From the NCBI GenBank assembly GCA_951406725.2, contig OX597826.1:75888001-75952000 (forward strand): a stretch of 64,000 nt of DNA, read 5' to 3'. Of the stretch, positions 42,914-52,859 are shown piece by piece (the first letter of the stretch is position 1; every line of letters starts with the position of its first letter). The translations under genes and the position numbers were made by a program. Under the pieces are notes generated by a model that was not told where the DNA came from, made no database searches, and saw nothing but the letters and a program-made list of their open reading frames with translations. The stretch is from Octopus vulgaris. Taxonomy: Eukaryota.

Positions 42914-44289
42914 CATGCGTACATACATACTCACACACATATCGCACACGCAGTAATTGTGACACGAAAGAGACAAGATTAAACAAGAAAACCTAAATGT
43001 TTATCAAAGGGAGAAGCCTAAGTAGGTAGGCTGCGCAGCGTGAAGGGCGTATGTTATCGATAACATATGACAGGTACATAAAAACGGTTTATAAAAGAAG
43101 AGGATTAGCAAAACAGGTCCTTCCACAAACTATCACACGCCACAGTTGACGGTGAAACTCGAAGCAGACTAATCTATAAAGAATGATTTCAAATTTTTGA
43201 GATACGGCCAGCAAGTTCGGGGGGGGGGTTAAGTCGATTGCATCGACCCCAGTAATTAACTGGTACTTATTTTATCGAGCCCGGAAAAATGGCAAAATTT
43301 GACCTCGGCGGAACCTGAACACGAAACATAAAAACGAACGAAATACTGCTAGGCATTTTGCCCGACGCACTAATGATTCTGGCAGCTCGTCGCCTTGGCC
43401 AAAACTATTAATAATAGCGTGTAAGATACTGGGTTAAAAGCCGCTTGGAAGGTTGATCGTGGAACTCGAAACCCCAGCTTTTGTAAACACAGCAGATGTT
43501 CTACCACTGGACCAAAGTAATCCTTCGAATTACTTTATTCATCTTAGGAACTTTACACTTACCTTCGAGAATTGTATGTTGTTGACGTCATAAGAATTTA
43601 TGAATTTTATATGCAGAGAGTTCTACAGAATATTTTTGCTCAATATTCATTTAACTAAAGCATCGAATTGGCAGAATGGTTACCACGCCGAGCAAAATGC
43701 CCGGCAACATTTCGTTCGTCTTCACGTTCTAATTTCAAACTCCGCCGAGGTCGACTTTGCCTTCCATCTTTTCGCAGTCGATAAAATAAGAACCAGTTGA
43801 CCTCTGGGGTGGCTGTAATCGACTTACCTCCTTCCCGCACTCCCCGAAATTGCTGACATTATGCTAAAATTTTAAGCCAATATTCACCTAACTAAACGAC
43901 CGGTAAGTGGTTTTATGAAATACAGATAGTGAAAGTATCAAAACAGCCTATCATGTACATATGACCGATTCGAACAAACAGAGAGACAAAGCGACACACT
44001 GCCAATTATATTTGTAACTTCTATGAAATTCTTACTTTCTATTTTACTTTTAAAAACAATCGTTTTTATTCTTTTGCAGCTCTGTGCCAATTCTTGGGGA
44101 CCCAACTGGGGAGAAAAAGGTTACTTCCGTATTCTTCGAGGCCAAAATGAATGTGATATCGAGTCCTTCGTGATTAGTGCTTGGCCCCACCTTCCACAAA
44201 GACTCCACCGTTATCAGTCTAAGCGTAAACGAAGATCCCTTGACGAAAATACAGTAAAAGAAATTCTTTTTGGAACGAGAAACAAGTAA
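23675..44289 (+). CDS. TINAGL1: Tubulointerstitial nephritis antigen-like protein (peptidase C1A/cathepsin B-like pseudopeptidase), 5'-partial, 9 coding exons
   Basis: Exons 23675-23741, 30816-30926, 32853-33085, 34190-34340, 35034-35184, 36993-37038, 38004-38127, 42275-42317 and 44080-44289 all have AG/GT borders and compatible phases, splicing into one open frame. Motifs: [138 protein letters not shown] versus TINAGL1 orthology cannot be resolved by eye. Confidence 0.93.
24130..24164 (+). ncRNA. Minimal hammerhead-like motif, second copy of the same repeat (24060-24265)
   Basis: GTTT-CCGACGA-A-GAGC(acc)GCTC-GAAA-CG-TT-AAAC; flanks nearly identical to 2506-2715. Confidence 0.6.
26153..26253. 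repeat. ~100-bp fold-back palindrome
   Basis: 37-bp arms 26153-26189 and 26217-26253 (1 mismatch), plus an inner ACGATCG/CGATCGT stem and a 7-nt loop. Confidence 0.92.
28500..29780 (-). mobile_element. Heavily degraded LINE ORF2 5' region (possibly RTE apurinic endonuclease)
   Basis: Higher-GC unique block with many stops; scattered pieces such as [14 protein letters not shown]...PRHVVGQLG and ISVEETR loosely match APE-domain spacing. Confidence 0.35.
30816..30926 (+). CDS. TINAGL1: TINAGL exon: (C)[36 protein letters not shown](G)
   Basis: ctttcag acceptor, gtaggt donor, phase 2 to 2; matches the CxC..WxC...CL....I..IN.G.YGW pattern of the family. Confidence 0.9.
31446..31662 (-). mobile_element. 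Second copy of the mariner-derived MITE
   Basis: Colinear with 7497-7716; starts TA-CGAGGTGGGTGCTGAAAAGTT; encodes [14 protein letters not shown]. Confidence 0.7.
31729..31988 (-). mobile_element. tRNA-derived SINE family C
   Basis: Minus strand GCGCGTGGCCTAGTTGTTTGG...GGGTTCGATTCCC...CTTGAGCAAAACACTTCATTTCACATTGTTCCAGTCC; related copies at ~52245-52480(+) and ~62650-62965(-). Confidence 0.7.
32853..33085 (+). CDS. TINAGL1: TINAGL exon: propeptide-like segment plus start of the papain-fold domain with the CGSSW pseudo-active site
   Basis: ttttag acceptor, gtaatg donor; [28 protein letters not shown]...[14 protein letters not shown]. Confidence 0.95.
34190..34340 (+). CDS. TINAGL1: TINAGL exon: (A)[49 protein letters not shown](G)
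   Basis: ttttacag acceptor, gtgagg donor; cathepsin-B-like SDR...LSPQxLLSC...CxGG motif. Confidence 0.95.
35034..35184 (+). CDS. TINAGL1: TINAGL exon: [50 protein letters not shown]
   Basis: tttccgtag acceptor, gtgagt donor; CYPY and PPYR motifs. Confidence 0.92.
35838..36411 (+). mobile_element. Internally deleted Tc1/mariner-superfamily element (maT/rosa-like)
   Basis: TIRs (T)AGGGTGGCCCAAAAGTAG...GTTAT and ATAAC...CTACTTTTGGGCCACTCTG-TA; QQDGALPH...[34 protein letters not shown]. Confidence 0.85.
36411..36888. repeat. Compound (TA)n array with higher-order sub-repeats
   Basis: Direct reading; similar long arrays at 4212-4420, 8410-8685 and 44615-45080. Confidence 0.95.
36993..37038 (+). 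CDS. TINAGL1: TINAGL exon: [15 protein letters not shown](A)
   Basis: cttttcag acceptor, gtagga donor, phase 0 to 1; IxxNGPVQA motif. Confidence 0.92.
37448..37630. mobile_element. hAT-type MITE
   Basis: Ends CAACAGTTCTCAACC / GGTTGAGAACCGCTG; degenerate TSD GTCTAGGA / GTCTACAG. Confidence 0.65.
38004..38127 (+). CDS. TINAGL1: TINAGL exon: (A)[40 protein letters not shown](G)
   Basis: tttctgcag acceptor, gtaagt donor; DFFxYxSGVY motif and the catalytic-His motif HSVRIIGWG. Confidence 0.95.
38815..39231. repeat. Long (ATGT)n microsatellite with GC variants
   Basis: Direct reading; similar (ATAC)n arrays at ~5960-6310 and 16675-16790. Confidence 0.95.
40580..41470 (-). mobile_element. Penelope-like element remnant (linker plus GIY-YIG), interrupted by a nested insertion at 40831-41180
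   Basis: [18 protein letters not shown]...[10 protein letters not shown]; (frameshift) [27 protein letters not shown]; after the insertion: [11 protein letters not shown]...[15 protein letters not shown]...[17 protein letters not shown]. Confidence 0.88.
42275..42317 (+). CDS. TINAGL1: TINAGL exon: (G)[14 protein letters not shown]
   Basis: ttttccag acceptor, gtaagt donor, phase 2 to 0. Confidence 0.92.
42691..42864. repeat. Perfect 62-bp inverted repeat with a 50-bp spacer
   Basis: 42691-42752 is the exact reverse complement of 42803-42864. Confidence 0.95.
44080..44289 (+). CDS. TINAGL1: TINAGL last coding exon: [69 protein letters not shown]
   Basis: ttttgcag acceptor; NSWG motif; TAA stop ending at 44289. 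Confidence 0.95.
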   Translation, partial: LCANSWGPNWGEKGYFRILRGQNECDIESFVISAWPHLPQRLHRYQSKRKRRSLDENTVKEILFGTRNK

Positions 44290-44614
44290 AATGTTTTTTT
44301 TAAAAATCGTTTCTACAGGACTGTTTACACTAGGAAACACTTCGAAATGCTTTTCTTTTTTTTTAAACCGAAAACCAAAGAAACACAAACCATAACATGA
44401 CCCATCGATTGATGAGTTATCATTCCCCTGCCTCACGGAACTGGATTTTTTTGTAATATTTTGAGTTGACTCTTTCTACCCACTCTATCTATCTATCTAT
44501 CTATCTATCTACATGGTTATCGCTCTTTAACTTTCACACTCATTCTTTACGACCTTTTTTTTTCTGAGAAGCATAGGGTGAGTTAGATAAATATAACATA
44601 AAATCTTGATTTTA

Positions 44615-44646
<32 letters not shown>

Positions 44647-44685
44647 CATATATATATATATACATATATATATACATATATATAC

Positions 44686-44738
<53 letters not shown>

Positions 44739-44761
44739 CATATATACATACATATATATAC

Positions 44762-44822
<61 letters not shown>

Positions 44823-46630
44823 CATATATACAAATATATACATATATATATACATATATATATATATATACATATTTACATATATATATACATATATATA
44901 CATATATATACACATATATACGTATATATACACATATATACACATATATATATACATATATATGCACATATATATGCACATATATATACACATATATATA
45001 CACACATATATACATATATATACACATATATATACATATATATATACATATATATACATATATATACATATACATATATAGTTATAATCGTTCAAGCTGA
45101 AGATACATAACGTCGAAGGTTTTTCATACTGCTCGATCATTCAGGTGACTATATACATACGTACATAAATTGTATATTTGTGCATTTGTTTGAAGAAGCT
45201 GAAGATATGCACAGTGGCTATGTTTTTACGCCCTGCGCGATCCTTCAGGTGACGATTTACATACACACACCTACAAATACATACATACATAAGAAAAAGT
45301 TCTGAGGCGCATTTTTAATTAAAACTGAGTGTTCCTAACAGTGAAACTGTTTCTTAATGACTGTACGTCGAAACGTGCGTCACGTGTGATTATATGAAGA
45401 ATTCTACATAATTGATATTATATTGCAGACGGTTTAATAAATAAGAACAAAAAAAATGGAATAGTAAAATTAGGGTGAAGAAAAAAATATAAACAGTGCT
45501 ACTACTTAATAAAAAAAAAATAGCCAAAAGTTTTTTCAATGAAATAAAATGAATATTTCAAATAACAAAGCTTTAACGTTTTATTAAATAAATATGAAGG
45601 GGTTTTACTGAACAACATCGAAAGAAGATCGGTCTAAGCTCAGACACAAAGGTAAAGTATATTCGTTTATATAAGAGTTTGAAACTTTCTGTCTATTCCA
45701 TATATATTTGTGTATAGAGAGAGCGAGACAGACAGACAGACAGAGTGAGAGAGAGAGAGAGAAAGAGATGTATGTATAAGCATGTATATATATTTCTTTA
45801 CTACCCACAAGGAGCTAAAACACAGAGGGGACAAACAAGGACAGACAAACGGATTAAGTCGATTATATCGACCCCAGTGCGTAACTGGTACTTAATTTAT
45901 CGACCCCGAAAGGATGAACGGCAAAGTTGACCTCGGCGGAATTTGAACTCAGAACGTAACGGCGGACGAAATATCGCATGTATATAGTGCGCATACACAC
46001 AGATGTATGCAGGTCATGCGTATACGTACATCTGTGTGTGCGTGCGTGTCTTTAGTGTAAGCATGCGATGCAGCGAGGATTATCTCGAAAAAGAAATTTT
46101 TCGTAACAGATTTGATACATAAAACCACATGAAGCTGCAGCAGACGTCATCAGACCACCAGACACATTGTATCGGTGCAATTCCGCCTCCTCAGTCGCAA
46201 GCACGGCTACAGTTACCTCGAGTTCGATAGGAACTCTTGTTCCCTTATGGAAAACGCCAACATTTTTCGATCTGTACAGAAGCTTGCTAAGCTGGAATAA
46301 ATTTAGTAGGGCCATGAATTAGCGAGGATCAAAACAAAGATGCGTATATTTATTTTGAATATGCGCCCACACATTGGAACATGCATGGCGTTTGCTACGG
46401 GAGTCGATGTGAACAAATTTCTCCTTACAGACTTTGTGCAGAATTACGTGCGCGCCAACACACATTTGTTATTTGTATGTTGTTGTTAAACGTTATTTAT
46501 TTTGTTAAGTACGTGTAGTTTTCGAAGCAGAATGGACATCTGAAGTATAACACTATCTGTTTCAGCACAATTTTAGTTTGCACAGAAAAAAATTTTAGAA
46601 AACGAATACAATAATAAAATGTGGCACGTA

Positions 46631-46661
<31 letters not shown>

Positions 46662-46766
46662 CTGTTTGCGCGCGCACGCGTCTTTTGCAGTCGTGTATCG
46701 TCATCCGATACAATCATCGGTATTGATACCACTATGTGTGTGTGTATATATATGTTTGTGTGTGTG

Positions 46767-46821
<55 letters not shown>

Positions 46822-47290
46822 TTAATCCAAACATGAAAACACAAAGAGAAAGCACAACAACGCGAGGACGTAGAACAAGTGTAGTGTTATTGGACGCTCA
46901 GGAAAGGAAAGAAAGAAATATATATATATACATTTGGCGAAAAATGCGAGTGAAGATGTGTACGTTTTCATAGTGACGTATAAGTACTCACGTGGGTCCG
47001 CGAGCGCACATGTGAGTGTTTTACTATGAAATTTTAATCTTATTTTATATAAGTAGCAGAATTATAACACAGTAACTTCCCTTTTTATAACGGTATTTTT
47101 TTCATAGCGTTTTTTCAGATGGCCAGATAACCGAAGAGATGGTGTTGTGGATTTCCACTTCGGCATCTGAAACTCAGAGTTTTATCTTGACTATTGAGTA
47201 ATTGTAACATATTATTTTATATATAAATTTCCTCTATTTACATAATATTGAGGTCTCTTTCTTTCTTTTGTTATCTTACCGTTTTTACCA

Positions 47291-47394
<104 letters not shown>

Positions 47395-47502
47395 TACATT
47401 TGACGGATATTTGTTCTCATCTTGTTTGTTGTTAATACAACGTTTCGGCTGATACACCCTCTGGCCTTCGTCGGGTGTCTTGGGGGAAATTCCGCGTAGT
47501 TG

Positions 47503-47720
47503 TTAAGAGCACGGGCTACTAACCCCAAGATTCCGAGTTCGATTCCAGGCAGTGACCTGAATAATAATAATAAAAACAACAACAACAACATCGAAAAATA
47601 CTTTGCGAATGAGAACCTAGGTTCGAAATTTGCCCATTGATGAAGGCTGGAGGGTATATCAGCCGAAACGTTGTGCTTAACAACAAACAAGATGAGGACA
47701 AATATCCGTCAAATGTAAAT
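47503..47720 (+). mobile_element. tRNA-headed SINE-like element with a hammerhead-like tail (copy 1), preceded by an inverted copy of its own 3' half (47394-47497)
   Basis: Head GCGTAGTTGTTAAGAGC...GAGTTCGATTCC; tail TTGATGA-A-GGCTG(gagggtatat)CAGCC-GAAACGTT-GTGCTT. Confidence 0.7.
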
Positions 47721-48283
47721 AATTTAAATAATTCCTCATCTCTTAAATATAGAACTATATATATAAAAGAAATCATTACGATTTAGTTGAATTAGGTACT
47801 TAAGTTAGGGCATCGAGTCTCAGTCCGGTATTATCCACACAGCTCGAAGTAAGGTGAATAAAAAGCAAATAAGTAAGAAGGATGTCAAGGTATCAGCGCA
47901 TTACAACCGTTTCAGACGGTTCCATTTACTCGAACAATGCAAACATTACATCAATTCGGGTGCATGAGACCATATATCAACAGCTAGAACTTAATTGTCA
48001 ATTGCCAGTGGTTTTAATTTTTAGTGGACGTAAGTATACAAGCGGCGTTAGATTTTTGATGGTGATAAGGAGATAGATAAATATAGCCATATTACGATCT
48101 CATGACCGCCATTGTTATTCTCTTCTGCCACTCCAAATTACAGTTGGGGTATTTTCTCCCTAAGTTCATTCTGCTACAAAAATAGCAACAAGCATGTAAT
48201 TCTTTTATTCTCTAGTTCTGATGAAAAATTTGCTAAAAAATTATAATGGAGTATCCTGTATGTTGAAAACCTATATTGTCTTA

Positions 48284-48370
48284 TGCATCCGAAGAAGGCG
48301 ATGTATTTCAAATTGATGTAATGCTTGCGTTGTTCGATTAAATGAAGCTACTTGAAACGGCCGTAATGCA
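48284..48370 (+). ncRNA. Hammerhead-like motif with long stem II and palindromic stem III
   Basis: TGCAT-CCGAAGA-...-GAAAC-GGCC-G-TA-ATGCA: stem I TGCAT/ATGCA, palindrome CGGCCG. An inverted partial copy of the same element lies at ~47860-47970. Confidence 0.45.
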
Positions 48371-48999
48371 CTGATACCTAGAAATCCTTGTTACTTATTT
48401 GCTTTATATATTATGTATATATATGACGTCGTTTCTTACATTCTGTTTCTCATCGAGTTTATCTGCGTATATTTTTCTATGCATGTGCTTAATGTTTGTC
48501 TCTGTGTGTATCTATACATGCGTGTGTTTGAGAGTGTATACGTATATATGTGCGCATCACTTCACTTGGATCGATGTCCGCCTCTGTTGCAGACGATAGT
48601 TAGTGCTAACATGGACACTGTAAGCTTTCACAACAACCAAGGCACGCTGCCCTGCTTGCAATCGGCCAATAGCTTATTCTCTGCGCTGCTGACAATCGGA
48701 TCATACCTGATGCGTCCAAATTTCGAATGCTATTAACGCGATTCAAGTTGATATGTATATCCATAACCTCCACGAGATGCACGTGCATTTCGGTTTTCAT
48801 GACAACTGTTTACGACTGCCACCCACGGCATTCAACGCAGCTGCATTTTGGCGTCTCAGCTAGTTGAAAGGTTACCATCATTTGTCCTGGAATATTTACA
48901 CTTACATCCCTGAAATGAATTTTCAGAATTTGCGCTTAAAAACGTTATAAAAATCGCGTTTCTTTTGCGCCTCAGTGTATTATATCTGTCCGGTTGCGT

Positions 49000-50420
49000 T
49001 TTTAAACTTGGTGGCTATTTTAATTTTTAAGTTCCACCAATATTCTTTTCACCGAGCGGTCTCAATATGGTCAACTTCGTCTGTAGGCTTTTTTCTTTTG
49101 TGATTCTGTTCCAGATCGTCCTGGCCACAGAATCGTGCCGCACAGGAAGATATCTGGGAAGGCAGTTGGTGGTAATGTGGTTGATGTCTTCAGTGATGGT
49201 CTTGCACAGCCTACATTTGTTGTCTGTCAATGTTTTCTGTCTTTTATGCTCTAGGTACTTGGTGGGGGTGTCTTGTTCGTGAATTGCATGGAAGTAACCT
49301 TCAAAGTGGTACGTCAGTAACTTGTCGGTATTCCATGCGAAGCTTTTCCCATGAACAATCCCTTCTATGGTTCGTGCTTTTCAGTGAACTACGTTGTTTC
49401 TTAATTTGTTTCTCTGACAAATAGATTTTTACCGATGCTCCTTGGGGACAGATCTGTATCAGCCCTTATTTCATGCCCCTCCTCAAGTTCATTACCTCTC
49501 CTACTTCTGTTATTGATTTTATGGTCACAAAGATAGTTACACGTCTCTTTCCTCTGCCGCAGATGTTGTCTCAGTGTCACAATCCGTGCTTCATGCAACA
49601 TCAATAAAGATTTGAGACCATGAACACCATTCTTGTGTGAGAAGTAATGCCTGTCTACATCGCCATTGATGTTGGAGTTTCATGCAACAGTGACCAGTTT
49701 GCGAATTCGAACATCTATCTCACTGAGTTATTGCAGTGACCAATTCAGAAGGCCAAACGTAGGAGTGAGAACAGACACTGCAAAAGTGTTGTGGGCAATA
49801 GTTTTGTCGTGAGTTGAGCTTTCTGATGACCACATTCCCTTTAGTCTACTGAGGTATTCACTTCTGGCCCTCCCCTTACTCGTGGGTCCATCATATGTGA
49901 CATTCTCATCTTGTCCAAGACATCTTATAATTCGCACCTGACTGTAAAGGATGTATTGTCAATCCGTTCATTTTCAGGTTGTCAGAGGAGGGAACAACTT
50001 TCCCACGTTTCATTGTCAAAAATGCACGTTAGGACTCAACAAATTTCATCCCAATGTCTGTAGGAAACTAGCATGAAATGGGGTCCAACTGCTTATCGAT
50101 GTGGTTGACATTTGATTCATACGGTTTCAGGTTGTCAACAAAGAAAAGATGTGAGATATTTTTGGATCCATTTCTATGGCCACTGTTTTGAGAGCAAGTA
50201 TGATTGTGGATTTAGCAACACCGACAGGCTATCACCCTGAAAGATGCCTTTTTGGTAGTGAATGCTATCCGACTGCTTGTTCCCTATCAATCCCAAGGAG
50301 CACAAGTCCTTGCTAGAGGCTGTGAGACTTTGGCTAATTGTGAGACCCTGATAATCCAACCACGTGGGATACTATCAAAAGCCTTCTGGTAATCCAACCA
50401 CACTACGGTTAAGTTCCTGC
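49000..50420 (-). mobile_element. Degraded non-LTR retrotransposon with RT and CCHC zinc knuckle (R4/Dong-like, RLE type)
   Basis: GIFQGDSLS (RT), EYLSRLKGMWSSE...IAHNTFAVSVLTPTFGLLNW, CRLCKTITEDINHITTNC...RHDSVARTIWN; multiple frameshifts and stops. Confidence 0.8.
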
Positions 50421-50849
50421 GATTTTTTTTGCTATTTTTCCTGGATCACTTTGTTAACTAATAGTATACATATATACACGCATTAAACTCCTAACCATTG
50501 GGTCTTCACCAAACACTCTTTCCGGTGTAACTGTATTGTGCGCATATTTACCTTTCCTTCTTTCATGCATTAGTTACACTGGTGGAATATTCCAGATGTT
50601 CCATCAACAGAATTTTCTCATTCAACGAATTCGTGTGTTAAGTAGCTAAGGATTCTATCAACACCTGTACGAGATCTGATCAAAAAAAAAAATACGTACA
50701 CTTCCAGTGCATGTTCTATGAACTGCTCATGCAATTTTGATTACTTTTTCCGGTGAGTTGTATAGCACCTGAGCACTGTATACAATAAGTTCGTTACATA
50801 TATAAATATAGGCGCAGGTGTGGCTGTGTGGTAAGAAGCTTGCTTCTTA

Positions 50850-51005
50850 CTTTATACAGCGTTGTCTCCATTGATAGAAGCATTCTTCGGACCCATCCCT
50901 TTGGGGGCGGGGATAGCGAACAGCTGCCTTGTCGTATTGCCTTGGATTTCCTCAACGTCATGAAATCTTGTTCCTTTCAAGTGGGATTTAATTTTTGTCC
51001 GTAAT
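50850..51005 (-). mobile_element. Mariner transposase C-terminal remnant
   Basis: KIKSHLKGTRFHDVEEIQGNTTRQLFAIP. Confidence 0.6.
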
Positions 51006-51446
51006 CACCTTCAAGCCATATTTATTTCCATACAATTTTCTCTACGATGGTCATTGATGTAACCCATGTGGTGAAACGACCACACTCCACACACTTTACT
51101 TCCAAGCACTGCTATAAACAACGGAAGTGACCAAGAATGTTATACCAAAAGGATGTGTTGTAATACTATTCCACATATACAAAAACAGCCATACCAACAA
51201 TACAACATGCGTCCATCATCAGCTGCCCCACGGATATCATTATGGTTTCGACACCCGGGCAGTACCATTCAGTGTGCATGTGACAGAGTTCAATGTCAAT
51301 CTACGTCAAGTGGCTTCACTCTGCATACTTTAGCTCAGTTACCATAGCAAGTTCTCGCCCGACTGATAGGCTTCCACATGGTTCCCATTTAATGGTTAAA
51401 ATGGTGACTTCATAATCACAGGATTCTGGATTCGTCATTCTATAAT

Positions 51447-52010
51447 GCGGAGAGCTGGCAGAAACGTTAGCACGTCGGGCGAAATGCGTAGCCGTATTTC
51501 GTTTGTCGTTACGTTCTGAGTTCAAATTCCACCGAGGTCGACTTTGCCTTTCATCCTTTCGGGGTTGGTTAAATAAGTACCAGTTACGTACTGGAGTCGA
51601 TATAATCGTCTTAATCCGTTTGTCTGTCCTCTTTGTTTTTAGCCCTTTGTGGGTAGTAAAGAAATAGGTATTTCGTCTGCCGCTACGTTCTGAGTTCAAA
51701 TTCCACCGAGGTCGACTTTGCCTTTCATCCTTTCGGAGTCGATTAAATAAGTACCAGTTAATCCCGTTCGTCTGCCCTTGTTTGTCCCCTTTATGTGTAG
51801 CCCCTTGTGGGCAGTAACGAAATAAGAATCGTTAGCACGACAGGTGAAATGCTTAGTGGTATTTCGTCTTTTTCACGTTCTGAGTTCAAAAGGGTTGACT
51901 TTGCCTTTCATCTTTTCGGAGTCAATAAATTAAGTACCAGTTACGCACTGGGGTCGATGTAATCGACTGGTCTCCTCCCCTAAAATTTCGGGCCTTGTGC
52001 CTATCTCCCA
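51447..52010 (+). mobile_element. Tandem cluster of three family A SINE units
   Basis: Repeated GTTCTGAGTTCAAA...GACTTTGCCTTTCATC blocks at ~51510, ~51690 and ~51880. Confidence 0.8.
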
Positions 52011-52775
52011 TAGCTTATGAGCAATCCATATCTTGTGAGAACACATCATATTACAACTCAACATAAACCTCATCTCCACCTCCGCTACAATAACACTGAA
52101 TCATATGGTTCTGAGTTCAGTCCCACTGAGTGGCACCTTGGGCAACTATCTTCTACTATAGCCTCGGGTCGATCAAAGGCTTGTGAGTAGATTTGGTAGA
52201 CGGAAACTGAAAGAAGCCTTTATGGATATCTCAACCTGTGAGATGTGAAGACACATGGCTTAGTGGATAGAGTGTTGCACCCATGGTCATAAGATTGTAG
52301 TTTCAGTTCCTGGACTGGGCGATGCAGTGTGTTCTTGAGCAAGACATTTCATTTCACATTGCTCCAGTCCACTCAGCTGGCCAAAATGAGTCATCTTGTG
52401 ACAGACTGATGCCCTGTCCAGTGGAGAATATATACAGAGAAACTGGCAAACTGGGCCCTTATGAGTCTAAGAGCTTTACCTTATCGTTCATCAACCTGCT
52501 AGAAATAGCTGCCACACTCTTACCATCTAAAAGCAAAAAACATCAAAAGGGATAATATAGTCGGAAATTAAACCATTTAAAAAGATGTGATGGTCACAGC
52601 TGGAATGTCTTCATCATAGATTTACTCTATCAGGATTAAGCCAGAGCTTAACAACAACAACAAAGCAACACAAGCAGATATGCACATAGACAAACGGGGA
52701 AAGAAAACTGAATTCAGGAAAATTAAAGTACGAAAAATCTCGTTATATTTACAGTTGAAAAAGAAAGAAAAGTGA

Positions 52776-52781
52776 TTTATT
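52776..52781 (-). terminator. Candidate polyadenylation signal AATAAA for the CENP-C-like gene
   Basis: AATAAA on the minus strand 10 nt after the stop codon, followed by T-rich sequence; a longer 3' UTR is also possible. Confidence 0.35.
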
Positions 52782-52791
52782 GAGAATATAT

Positions 52792-52859
52792 TTATTTCAA
52801 AATTGTAACAACTAATCCACAATCATGGTTACTTTTGTTCCTCAGGCTGTAGATTTCAT
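52792..52859 (-). CDS. CENPC: CENP-C-like last coding exon: (N)EIYSLRNKSNHDCGLVVTILK*
   Basis: Polypyrimidine tract plus aacag acceptor; phase 1; TAA stop at 52794-52792. Confidence 0.85.

Noticed and set aside
47113-47172. Hairpin TTTCAGATG...CCGAAG...CTTCGG-CATCTGAAA as a pre-miRNA
   Set aside because: A 9-nt asymmetric bulge and short paired segments are not typical of Drosha/Dicer substrates
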